From positions 3,474,001 through 3,538,000 of the forward strand of contig NC_058369.1 of NCBI RefSeq assembly GCF_018350175.1: 64,000 bases of DNA, in the 5' to 3' direction. Positions 33,156 through 43,442 of this stretch are shown in pieces. Each line of letters starts with the position of its first letter. The first letter of the stretch is position 1. Made by a program: the position numbers and the translations under genes. The notes beneath the pieces were generated by a model that had not been told where the DNA came from, did no database searches, and saw nothing but the letters and a program-made list of their open reading frames with translations. This DNA is from Felis catus (taxonomy: Eukaryota).

Positions 33156-34560
33156 TAACCACTCAGCTGACCTCAGGAGGGTGGGGGAGCCTGCGGGCAG
33201 AGAGACCCCCGGGCTGCAACCCCCAGCGGTCTGGGCGTGCCCGCTCTCGGCCCTGCTCGCCTGCCCACCGCTCTAGGCAGCCCTCTGTTACTCTGGGGAC
33301 ACCCAACGCCAAGGGCGTTTTGAAGAGGCTCTGCCCGGAAATTCGAGAGGGTGCCCGGCATTTGCCAGAAACCAGCATCCTTTCTGTCGTGCGGTCCTCC
33401 CAAGGTGAGAAGTCCCCGAGAAGACGGCAGTCTTAAATGACGCCAAGGACGCCACCCCCGGTGCTCACCAGAAACCCAACAGTCCCAGGGTCCCCATTGT
33501 GGCCACACTCTGATGGCCTTCCTGACCTCCCCTTCTCGCCCCTGACCGTGATCTCCAACCACGCTGGCCTTACTCTCCCCTACACACACCGACTCCTTCC
33601 CACCCCAGGGCCTTTGCGCTTGCCGGTCCCACGGCCCAGGGGCCCTTCCCTGCCTTCTGTGGGACTCGCCCCTCTTCTCCTTCACGCCCCGGTCTCACCT
33701 CTGCAGAGATCTTTCCGGACCCCCAATCCAAAGTCACCGCTCTGTCACCCCCACACAGCATCCTGTCCTTCCATACAAAGCTAACTCTGGGGTAGTGGCT
33801 CTCAAAGGGGAGGACTCTGCCCCCCCTCCCCAGAGAATGACCGGGGACAGCCGTGGTTGTCACAACTGGGGGTGCTCCGGGCACTGAGCGTGCCGAGGCA
33901 GAGAAACTCTGCATTCTTAATTTGGGGGGGCAGTGGAGTAAGATCTTCAGGCCCACACGAGACACTCGAATAAATCCCTGATGGGTCAGACTGTACAAAC
34001 CACGGTGACCCCAGCGTCTGTGAGTGACCTCCCCTCTCCCTCAGTTCACAAATGTAAATGGTGCAACGTCCCAGGACCTCGGGAGCCCCAATGATTATGG
34101 AATACAGAGTCTCTTCGGGGCCAACCGCATCCCGTCACCCAGCGGGTCTCAACCAGGGTCAATTGTGCCCCCACGAGCCATTTTTGGTCATCACGGCTGG
34201 GAGACGGGCCCCCGGCACGCAGACCGGAGGCTGCTAATCAAACCACAAAGCACAGGACGCTCGCCTTCACCCCCACTGCGAAGAGTGACGTGGCCCCAAA
34301 CATCCCCAGTGCTGAGGCTGAGAACCCCTGCTCTGGGTGAGGGGACACCCTTCCCCGGGATGTCACTCCAGGGGGGCAGGCTTACACCCGTCCTGTTCCA
34401 TGCCTGGCACACACAGGGTTTTCGGTAGAGTTAATGAGGCCCTTGAACGCTGTCTGAAGTCAAAGGGAGCCCTGCTTTGGTCAGCACCCAAACACCCTTG
34501 TGATGAGCCAGGCCCCAGGTGGCTGGGCGGGTGCCGAGAGGCTTCAAGAAAAGGGAAGCA

Positions 34561-34748
34561 GGGGCCCCTGGGCGGCTCAGTCAGTTGAGCGTCCCACTTG
34601 GGCTCAGGTCACCATCTGGCAGCTCGAGAGTTCGAGCCCCGCGTCGGGCTCGCTGCTGTCCAGCCTGTCAGCGCAGAGCCCCCCCCCCCACCCCCCTGCC
34701 CTTCCCTCCCCCACTGGCACTCTCCCAGAAATAAATAAATATTTGAGA
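34561..34748 (+). mobile_element. CAN-SINE
   Basis: ggggcccctgggcggctcagtcagttgagcgtcc..gttcgagccccgcgtcgggctc..aataaataaa. Confidence 0.85.
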
Positions 34749-35353
34749 AAAAGAAAGCAGCGCCTGGTCACAGCGCCGAGGCCGTGGGCGAGCCCTGGCC
34801 TCACTCTTAGTCCTGTGGTGAAAAGAGGGGTCGCCGTGCTCAGAGAGATGGGTTCAAATCCTGACTCTACAACGTTTGGTCTCTGTGACCTTGAGAAACC
34901 GCTCGACCTCTCGGCTAAGTCAAATGAGGTTGAGGGTAACCTCTCGGTCACACTGTGCTTCCGTTTCCGCAGCTGTGAGACGGGGCCACCGTACCTGCGT
35001 GGCGGGCTGCTGTGACAATGAAGCGCTCAAAGAAAACACCAGATGCGACGGAACCTACGTCACAGCCAATACTGTCACCTAGACAAGTTACTGACCATCC
35101 GGCGGCGGGCGGGATTGGACCGACGCCCCCCTGAGAGCCAGGATCCCCACCAAAGGCTGACTGAGGGCCAGGCGCTGGGCTCCCCGGGGGGAGGATGCAG
35201 CCACGCCCCCCCCCCCCCCAGCGGCCCGAGGGCAGTGACCCCGGAGTTGCAGAAAACCACTTCCTGCAGATGTCTATATCCTGGAGCACGCAAATGAATC
35301 CCGCCAGCCCACACGCCAGCCGCCACCGTCACCCCCCGGCCGGCACCACTGAC

Positions 35354-35407
35354 CTTCTAAAGGGTCCAGAAAGCCTCCATTCCAGCCGCAGGCGTGGGAT
35401 ACAGACC
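35354..35407 (-). other. DPP9: DPP9 exon 2 (5' UTR, 54 nt) containing uORF MEAFWTL* (35357-35380)
   Basis: cag|GGTCTGTATCCCACGCC...CCCTTTAGAAG|gtcagt; resembles the human DPP9 5' UTR as I recall it. Confidence 0.75.
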
Positions 35408-36423
35408 CTGATGGAACAAGCATGCTGTTAGTGCAGCAGGTCAGCGGAGAGCCTGGCCGAAACAGCCCGCTCTCCTTCCCCTCGAGAGTCCTGACCCCCC
35501 CCCCCCCCGCCCCATTCTCTCTACCTGGACAGATCCTAGAGCCACCTCACCGCCCTGCAATGCCGCCTGCGTGCCCTGAACTGCACCGGGGAGGAAAGAC
35601 CTCCCCCATCTGGCCCAGTCCTCCCGGGAACCAGCCAGGGACTCGACCACAGTGCACACCTCCAGGGCTTTAGTCCAAGCTCCTGGAAAGCACGCTGGTT
35701 CTTGCCACTGAGGCAAGTGACTTCCTCCCGGTGGGAGCGGGGTGGGGGGGGGTGGGGGGGGGGGAGAACGACGGCGGCGGGGGAAAACAGAACGAGCGGG
35801 GCCCTTCTGACGGCTCCGCCGCAGCGTGGATGGGGAAGTGTCAAGACTGGTCTAGAGCCCGGTGGGAAGCAGGTGGGCGGCTGGACAGGGCCGGAAGGGA
35901 GGCTGAGAAGGGGCTGGAACCTGTGGGGGTGTGGATTAGGGGAAGCCAAGCGCCCGGGGAGGGGTGAGTGGGTGGGGGCAGGAAGCAGGTCCGGGAGGCG
36001 GCCTCTGCTCTCGGACGGGGAGCATGTGTTTGCATGGGGAGGGGAGCTCCAGGGCCTGCAGGGAAGGAGGGCCGTCGTGGGTGCGGCCGCTCCCGGAAGG
36101 GACCGGAGCCAGGTGGCTTGGGCAGCGACGGGACGAGAGGGGAGGCTGGGCCGAGCGAGGCTGAGAGGTGGCCCGGCCACCGGAGGAGGCAGAAGGGGAA
36201 GAAGGGCCGAGGAGGAGGGCCCGGGGCGGAAGGGAAACCGAGGCGGGGGCCGTTGGAACCGGGAGTGTGGCCAAAGGCAGGGCCGGGGCGCGGGGAGGCC
36301 GGGGCGGAGGGCGCCCGAGAGGCCGGCCAATGGCGGGTCCGGGGTCAGGGCTGAGGTGGGGCCGGTCAATGGCGGGCTCGGGGTCGCGGCCGAGGCGGGA
36401 CGGGGCGCGCAGGCGCTGCTCAC

Positions 36424-36600
36424 CGGGCTCGGGGCAGGCGCGGAGCGGCGGCCGGGCTGGGAAGGGCGTCCCGGGGCCGGAGGCGCCTCACGCTAGAGGC
36501 TCCATGCCCGGGACTGCGGCCCCGGAAGTGGCGGGCGCGGGGGACGGCGGCGGCGGCGGACACGGGGGAGCCGGTGGCTCGGGCCCCTTTGACCCGGAAG
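36424..36600 (-). other. DPP9: DPP9 exon 1 (5' UTR; TSS approximate) containing uORF MEPLA* (36488-36505)
   Basis: GC-rich exon ending CCG|GTGAGC (donor 36423-36418); resembles the recalled human exon 1. Confidence 0.7.
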
Positions 36601-36851
36601 TTGAGCGGCCCAGGCGGCGCCCTACGATTGGCCGCCGCCCGGACGGTACCAAGGTGGCTGCGATCCTGGGGGGGGGACGCGCCCGCACAGTCCCTGGCGG
36701 CCAGAGGCTTGGAATTTCCCTCGGCAGCATCTTCCGGCGCGGGGAGCAGGAGGGGACATTGGAGAGAGGCGCCCCTGTGCGGTTTGGTATCGCCCAGCCC
36801 GACCGATGGGGCTTCTACTAATGGCGCTCAGAGAAAGCGGTGTTTGCCGGA

Positions 36852-36923
36852 GCGTTGGTGGTATAGTGGTTAGCATAGCTGCCTTCCAAGCAGTTGACCC
36901 GGGTTCGATTCCCGGCCAACGCA
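36852..36923 (+). tRNA. tRNA-Gly (anticodon TCC)
   Basis: GCGTTGGTGGTATAGTGGTTAGCATAGCTGCCTTCCAAGCAGTTGACCCGGGTTCGATTCCCGGCCAACGCA: canonical 72-nt cloverleaf with A and B boxes. Confidence 0.98.
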
Positions 36924-36936
36924 GGCGACGCTGTTG

Positions 36937-36941
36937 TTTTT
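36937..36941 (+). terminator. Pol III oligo-T terminator for tRNA-Gly
   Basis: T5 run 13 nt after the discriminator base. Confidence 0.8.
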
Positions 36942-37113
36942 CATCCCCCCCGCCCCATAGCCTGTTGAAACGTCCTTTATTAAAAAAAACAAAAAAAAAA
37001 TTGCCGAATTAAAGTTTTTCGTACCTTGCGATGACTTTAAAAGCGACGGGAGAAATTTAAAAACCTCGTCCCGGTGACCCTGGACGAGGGTTTACCTGCC
37101 GTCCTACGCTGGG

Positions 37114-37117
37114 AAAA
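37114..37117 (-). terminator. Pol III oligo-T terminator for tRNA-Val
   Basis: T4 on the minus strand, 4 nt downstream of the tRNA 3' end. Confidence 0.7.
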
Positions 37118-37121
37118 CGCG

Positions 37122-37194
37122 TGTTTCCGCCCGGGATCGAACCGGGGACCTTTCGCGTGTGAGGCGAACGTGATAACCGCTACACTACGGAAAC
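37122..37194 (-). tRNA. tRNA-Val (anticodon CAC)
   Basis: Reverse complement GTTTCCGTAGTGTAGCGGTTATCACGTTCGCCTCACACGCGAAAGGTCCCCGGTTCGATCCCGGGCGGAAACA: canonical 73 nt. Confidence 0.98.
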
Positions 37195-39574
37195 TGGCGA
37201 GAGGCGGTTTTTCTGGGACGCCTATACAGCCTGCTTTTGCGGGGATTCCCGCGCTTCCGGCCCGCGCCCCGCGGAAGGGAGGAGGGGCCGGGGGCGGGGG
37301 CCGGTTGGGGGGGGGTCTCGGAGGAGCGCGCTTCCCCCTCCCCACCCCCCCAGACCAGGATTAGAGCGAGGAGAGCGAGGCAGTGGCCTCAGGTGCAGAC
37401 ATGAAGGGGGTGCCAGAAAACGCAACAATCAAGACAAATGGATATTTTCGGGCAACGTACTAAAATGCTCCTGTTACTAGCAATAGGATTCCCTAACGAA
37501 CAATGTATCAAAACCGTACAGGGAGACAGGTTTCGGCAGTGCCCTGCCCAACCGCAGTGGAGTCTGAGGCAGGAGCAAGAATGTGCATTTTTGAGTGGCT
37601 ATCCCCCCCCCCCCGCCCGAGTATCCTCAAGAAAATATTGAAACTTAAAGTGTATGACAATTCAATTCAAAACATTAAGAACTTTACGGTAATGTTACTC
37701 TCCTGCGCTTAACGGAAACACATCAATACTTTCAACATCTGCTTCTGCGGGAAAATTAACCAAGGAACAGCATGTGAAACACCCGTTGACGGGACGCACG
37801 TCGTTCCTTATGCCCCAGAGCCCCCTGGGGCCCGGCAGACCACGGTCACGGCCGTGTATCATGAAGACCTAGACTCCTTTCCTACTGCTGCTGGGACAAA
37901 GTGCCACGGACGGTGGCAGAGTCTGTGGGCAGCCTGGCCAGACTCAGACATTGTTCCGTCCACCGCCTCCTCCACTGAGCTGGAGGCAGCTCCTTCCTTC
38001 CAGATGCTCACCCGGAACCTGGGAGCTGCCCTGGGCTCTTCTCTCCGCCACCCACGTCCAATCACCCAGCACATCCGATTAGCGCTGCTTCCAAACACGC
38101 CCAAAATCTGATCACTTCTTCCCCACCGGACGGCCATCACGTTGGCCCGCCCCATCGCCACAGTCCTGTACCTGTGCCCCTCTGTCCACTGCCAAGCCTC
38201 CTGCTCTCCCCGCCCACCCCAGTCCGTCCTCCCCACAGTGGCCACCAGAGGGTGCCTGTAAGCACCGAGTCAGGGCCCACCCTCCTCTCTCGGCAGCCCT
38301 CCAGGGCTCCCACCTCCCAGAGGCAGAAGCCCGAGTCCTTCCCATCATCCTCAAGGCCCCGCTTGACCTGTGGCAGTCCCCTCCCTGCCCTCATGTCTAA
38401 CCTTTCTCACGCTCCCTCACTCCGCTCCAGCCAAACAGGCCTCCTCGCTGCTTGCGCCTCCAACTGCCAGGCAGAGCCCTGCCCCAGGACCTTTGCACGG
38501 GCTGTGACCTCTGGTTTCTCCCAGGTATTTTTTCGGGCTCATTATCTCTCCTCCTGCGATTCTTGATTTCAATGCTACCTTCTCAGAGGAGGCTTCCCTG
38601 CGCCCCTCCCGCCTTGGCATCCACAAATTCAGTTTCCACCGTTGCACCGTGTTCTTTCAAAGGCTTATCAGTCTCCGAAACGATCCCATTTGTGGATTTG
38701 TTTTCTCTCGTCTCTTCTGTCTCCTCCCCTAGACTGCGGCCTCCTCCCCCAGTGCACAGTTTGCCTGTTTGTTTGCCTTCTGTTTCTTCAGTAACCGTTT
38801 CTTGAAATTACGGAGAGCTGGCCGGAGGAGAAAAGGCCTGGGCGCGGGAACGAAGCAATACAGGTGGGCTTCCTGGTGGAGGGGGAGTAGCTCAGAAAAC
38901 ATGTTGTCTCCCTGTGAACCCCGTCAAGCCCTGAGAGCTCGTTCACCCGCCAAACGAAACAACAAAAACTCCCTTCAAAGGAGTACTTGGGTCGTTCAAA
39001 CGCACTTGGGGGCACTTGTTTGCCAGTGAGGTCCTGCCAGCGATCCTGGGGGGGGGGAGTCCACCATCTGAGAAAGGCGCCTTGGCTGAAAAGGACGAAA
39101 CCTCCGTCCCTCCAGCAGGTGTCAGCAGGAGCGCGACCACCGGGCGTCCTGCAGGGTCCCCGGCCTCCCGACACCACCCCTCCCGCTGCCCACACCACCC
39201 TCCCTTCCAGCCCCGCTCTGAGCCCCAGACCTCAGCGTCTCAAAGTCAGACACTCCGCTCCCCCCAATACGCACCCCAGCACTTGCAAGAGTGTCCCTGT
39301 CCCCAAGCCGGCCGCCTCAGCAGATGGGATTGGTGGCCACTTGCTGGATTGTTCTAGCAGGTGGCTAGCCATTCTTGGAGTTGGAGGGAGAAAGCGGAAA
39401 GAGAAAAGAGAGAAAGAAGGGAAGGGCACAGGGATTCAGTGTTTCCAGGCTGGGAAATATCTGTTGCAAAGGCTAGCTGCCTCGGATCCCTTGGGGGGTC
39501 AGAGAATAACACGCATCGAGTAGCGGAATACGTGCTGGGAAACATTCTAAGGAGATGTCGCACTTCATGTATTT

Positions 39575-39792
39575 AAAAAAACTTTTTACAAATGTTTGAT
39601 TATTTATTTTGGGGACAGAGACAGAGCGCGAGCAGGGGAGGGGCAGAGAGAGAGGGAGACAGAATCCAAAGCAGGCTCCAGGCTTCTGAGCGGTCAGCAC
39701 AGAGCCTGACGTGGGGCTCGAACTCACAAACCGTGAGATCACGACCTGAGCCAAGATCGGACGCTTAACCGACTGAGCCACCCAGGTGCCCC
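39575..39792 (-). mobile_element. SINEC_Fc-type CAN-SINE
   Basis: Reverse-complement consensus ending ccacccaggtgcccc. Confidence 0.93.
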
Positions 39793-39809
39793 GGAAATGT
39801 CACTCTTTA

Positions 39810-40553
39810 TTATTCATTTTTTTATTTTTCTGTCTTTTCCCGGTTCATTGTTATTTGGGGGGGGTTCTTTTTTTTTTTACTTTTTTTTTTTTTTAATTTA
39901 CATCCAAGTGAGTTAGCATATTGCGCAATAATGATTTCAGGAGTAGATCCCAGTGATTCGTCCCCTACATATGACACCCGGTGCTCATGCCAACACGTGT
40001 CCTCCTCCATGCCCCTCGTCCATGTAGCCCACCCCCCTGCCCACGACCCCTCCAGCAGCCCTCAGTTTGTTCTCCATGTTTAAGAGTCTCTTCTGTTTTG
40101 GCCCCCTCCCTGTTTTTATATTATTTTTTGTTTCCCTTCCCTGATGTTCATCTGTTTTGTATCTTAAAGTCCTCATATGAGTGAAGTCATGTGATATTTT
40201 CCTCTAATTTCACTTAGCATAATCCCCTCCAGTTCCATCCACGTAGCTGCAAATGGCAAGCTTTCATTCTTTTTGATTGCCGAGTAATACCCCATTGTGT
40301 ATACAGACCACATCTTCTTTATCCATTCATCCATCGATGGATGGACATTTGGGCTCTTTCCAGACTTCGGCTCTTGTCGATAGTGCTGCTATAAACACGG
40401 GGGTGCATGTGTCCCTTCGAAACAGCACCCCTGTATCCCGTGGATAAATGCCTCGTAGTGCAATGGCTGGGTCGTAGGGTAGTTCTGTTTCTAATTTTTT
40501 GAGGAACCTCCATACTGTTTTCCAGAGTGGAAATGCACCAGTTTGCGTTCCCA
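39810..40553 (-). mobile_element. 5'-truncated carnivore LINE-1 (3' UTR plus end of ORF2) with poly(T) tail and TSD
   Basis: Poly(T), then L1 3' text (ttcacttagcataat..ctccagttccatccacgt..gggtagttctgtttctaattttttgaggaacctccatactgttttccagagtgg); TSD 39793-39809 / 40554-40570. Confidence 0.92.
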
Positions 40554-40599
40554 GGAAATGTCACACTTTAAACTCACTTGGTCTACCCAATAATCCCAT

Positions 40600-40735
40600 G
40601 ATATGGGCACGATCAGCACCCTTTTAATGGTGAGGAAACCAAGGCACAGAGGGGTTAAGTAACTCGCCCAAGGTCACACAGCGTGTAGTAACTAGAGTGG
40701 AGATCTGAAGCCGGGTGGTCTGGCTCCAAAGTCCT
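40600..40735 (-). mobile_element. MIR (mammalian-wide SINE) remnant
   Basis: gaggaaaccaaggcacagaggggttaagtaactcgcccaaggtcacacagc is the MIR core; other MIR cores near 6660, 41440, 49640 and 62880. Confidence 0.8.
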
Positions 40736-41020
40736 CGGCACAAGACTAGCTAGGCTGCCTTCTCCACAGATGAAGTTCAAGGTAGTCAACGTACCTAAAA
40801 AGAAAAGGAAAGAAAAGCCCATTGGCTCTGAACCAGCCATTAGAAGATCCGCCCTGGACCTTATCAGGGTCATGAGCATATTAAGACATGGTGGTCTGAT
40901 GGGTTTTCAGGCAAAAGAACACAAACAACCCAAATGTACCCCCCCCCCCCAGTTTGGCAGTGGAGGGAGAGGGTAAGGGGAGTGTGCTGATAGACAGAGG
41001 CCCCCCTGAGGCATTTCTCA

Positions 41021-41232
41021 GGGCACCTGGGTGGCTCAGTCGGTTGAGCGTCCGACTCTTGATTTGGGCTCAGGTCATGATCTCACGGTTTGTGGGTTCG
41101 AGCCCCAAGTCAGGCTCTGCGTTGACAGTGTGGAGCCTGCTTGGGATTCTCCCTCTCCCCCCCACCTCTCTCCCGCACCCCCCCCCACTCTCTCTCTCAG
41201 AAACAAATAAACTTTCAAAAAATAAATAAAAA
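41021..41232 (+). mobile_element. CAN-SINE
   Basis: gggcacctgggtggctcagtcggttgagcgtccgactcttgatt.. Confidence 0.92.
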
Positions 41233-41808
41233 CACTAAATAAGATCCTTCGGATAGAACTGATCTTCTCCGTGAGCCGGCACTTTTTCGGTGAAAAGCCA
41301 GTTGAAACTAACGACAGTTCCCTACTAGTCAACCAACTAGTCAAATAGTGATGGTTAAGGTGCCAGGTCTTGAGCTAGGTGTTTTAATCGCTTCTTTCTC
41401 AAAACTGACCCTCTGGGAGTCGAGATTGTCTTTATGCCCATTTTACAGATGGGGGAAAGTAAGGCTGAAAGGTTTGAGTTACCAAAGGAGCTGTGTTCTG
41501 GAGGGAGGTTGATTTCCGTAAACAATCTCACCGGCTTCACCCCCACACCACCCCCCTGCAACGGGGCCATTTCCCTAAGAGGAAATTCTGCTATAGCCAG
41601 ACACGTGACGATGAAATTACTGGTTTTCTGTGGTGTCAGAGCCACAGTCGTCTTCATTCTCAAACACCGTGGTGGCAATTCTGGGATTCCAGCCCCCAAG
41701 GAGGTTTGCAGCAGCTGGAAATTTCCGCCCCACTTGACATCTGCAGTTTTCCTCGCTGGGGAGTGGGGATTTGGACCCTGGCGTTCTGACTCCAGAACTC
41801 ACATTTCT

Positions 41809-42021
41809 CAATTTCTTAAAAATATTTATTTATTTTTGAGAGAGACAGAATGCCAGTGGGTTTAGGGGCAGAGAGAGAGAGAGAGGGAGGGAGGGCGGCG
41901 CAGAATCGGAAGCAGGCTCCAGGCTCCCAGCGGTCAGCACAGAGCCCGACGCGGGGCTCGAACTCACAGACTCTGAGCCGAAGTCGGACTCTCCACCGAC
42001 CGAGCCACCCAGGCAGCCCCG
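41809..42021 (-). mobile_element. CAN-SINE with 14-bp TSD
   Basis: TSD gaactcacatttct at 41795-41808 and 42022-42035. Confidence 0.93.
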
Positions 42022-42842
42022 GAACTCACATTTCTAAACCTCTCCACAGTGAACCCAGCCAATAGAGAGATCGGTCACAAATGATGGCAAAGTAGGCGTG
42101 TTAGGGCTGCGGGAATGGGAAGGAAAGAGGCAGGAGCCCCGAGTGGCTGGCAAGGGGGAGTCTGGGCCACTCGCCTGGCTGAGCCGGTCCCCGCTGCCTC
42201 CTCCCTTCCCTCGCTGCCCCTCAACCCCCTCCGTCTCGAGGCCACCGCATTGTTCGGGGATATTCTTAGCTCTGCACCATCAAAGCAGCACAGTCTGAAG
42301 GCTAAACGTAGGGAGAGATGGGACGTCAGAGGGGGAGCGATGAGGACACTTGTCTGTCTCCCCACACCCCCCACCCCCTCGAAGCGGCTGGAATTTCCCC
42401 GGGACTGGGTTTCTCGCTCATTCTCTCGTGGTTGTGGGTAGCCTGGCAAATTCGGCCTCACCGTGCGGCACTGGGCACGGGGCTTTCTCTCCCTGAGCCT
42501 CAGCCTCCTCGTCTGTGAAATGGGCATGATAACTGTGCTCTCTCCTGGAGGGTGATGGTGGGGGGCGGATGACATAAACCAAGGGCAAGCCACGGAACTT
42601 GGCACAGAGTAGGTGCTCCGTTACCCGGTTCCTCCGCTGCGCGGTCTCCGGGTCCAGCTCGCCGCTGGAGGGTCACGTAACAAATAAACGGCGCTGAGGG
42701 GCTCCAACAACCAAGTACGGCTCGTCCGCAGCCCCTGGTGATACTGGGCAAGCCGGGTCCTGCCCTGACCTCGGTTCGCTCATCTGAAAAATGGGGGTCA
42801 CAACAACACCCGCCTCCTGAGCGCTAAATAAATAGGCAGCGA

Positions 42843-43001
42843 GGGGCGCCTGGGGGGCTCAGTCGGTTAAGCGTCTGACTCCGGCTCAGGTCATGATCTC
42901 ACGGCTCATGAGTTCGAGCCCCGCGTCGGATTCTGTGTCTCCCTCGCTCTCTTCCTCCTCCACTTCCGCTCTCTCTTTCAAAAATAAATAAACATTAAAA
43001 A
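42843..43001 (+). mobile_element. CAN-SINE with internal deletion
   Basis: Consensus head jumps from ccccgcgtcgg to attctgtgtctccc. Confidence 0.88.
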
Positions 43002-43400
43002 AGTTTTCAAAAGGTAAATAAAGGGGCCGCGATGCTGGGAAGGGCGTCCCCCATCGGGCAGCTGGCCTGAAACAGGCCCGTGGAGCTGAGGCCTTTCTCT
43101 CTCCCTCTTCCTCAGCCGGCCCCTTCCGCCACTGGCCTGTCCCCCTGCAGGCAGGGACACCAGGCCCCTGTCCGCTCTCCCCGCTTGCCATGTCCACTCT
43201 TCCCCAGCACGGCCCATGTGCCTCAGCCTTTGCTCTGCCCACGGTATGCACAGCCCCGTGGTGTTCAGCAAAGACATTAATTCCACGAACGATCTGACTC
43301 CCTTCTAGAAATTTCTCTCCCGTGAGGAAGTAAGGCCCCACGCGCTCAAGAACCCATTGCGATGGCTCCAAACCGACTGCAAGGTCCCACAGTTTGGTTG

Positions 43401-43402
<2 letters not shown>

Positions 43403-43440
<38 letters not shown>
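43403..43440. repeat. (CA)n microsatellite; others at ~14152, 45332, 50073, 54952 and 63925
   Basis: Directly visible. Confidence 0.95.

Positions 43441-43442
<2 letters not shown>

Larger units (their letters stand above)
36100..37330. promoter_or_regulatory. CpG-island promoter of DPP9, shared with two tRNA genes
   Basis: Very high GC and CpG; ETS/GABP CCGGAAGT at 36522-36529 and 36594-36601; CCAAT (minus) 36627-36631; kB site 36711-36720; GC boxes. Confidence 0.88.

Noticed and set aside
36486..36491. GTGAGG as the exon 1 donor
   Set aside because: Possible minor donor, but similarity to the recalled human 5' UTR continues to the stronger CCG|GTGAGC at 36424; the TGA here is better read as the uORF1 stop
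35536..36821. Long overlapping ORFs (295, 264 and 217 aa) at the promoter
   Set aside because: Stop-poor CpG-island sequence; no recognisable domain
39810..40553. Active LINE-1
   Set aside because: Only ~0.7 kb of the 3' end; ORF2 remnant disrupted
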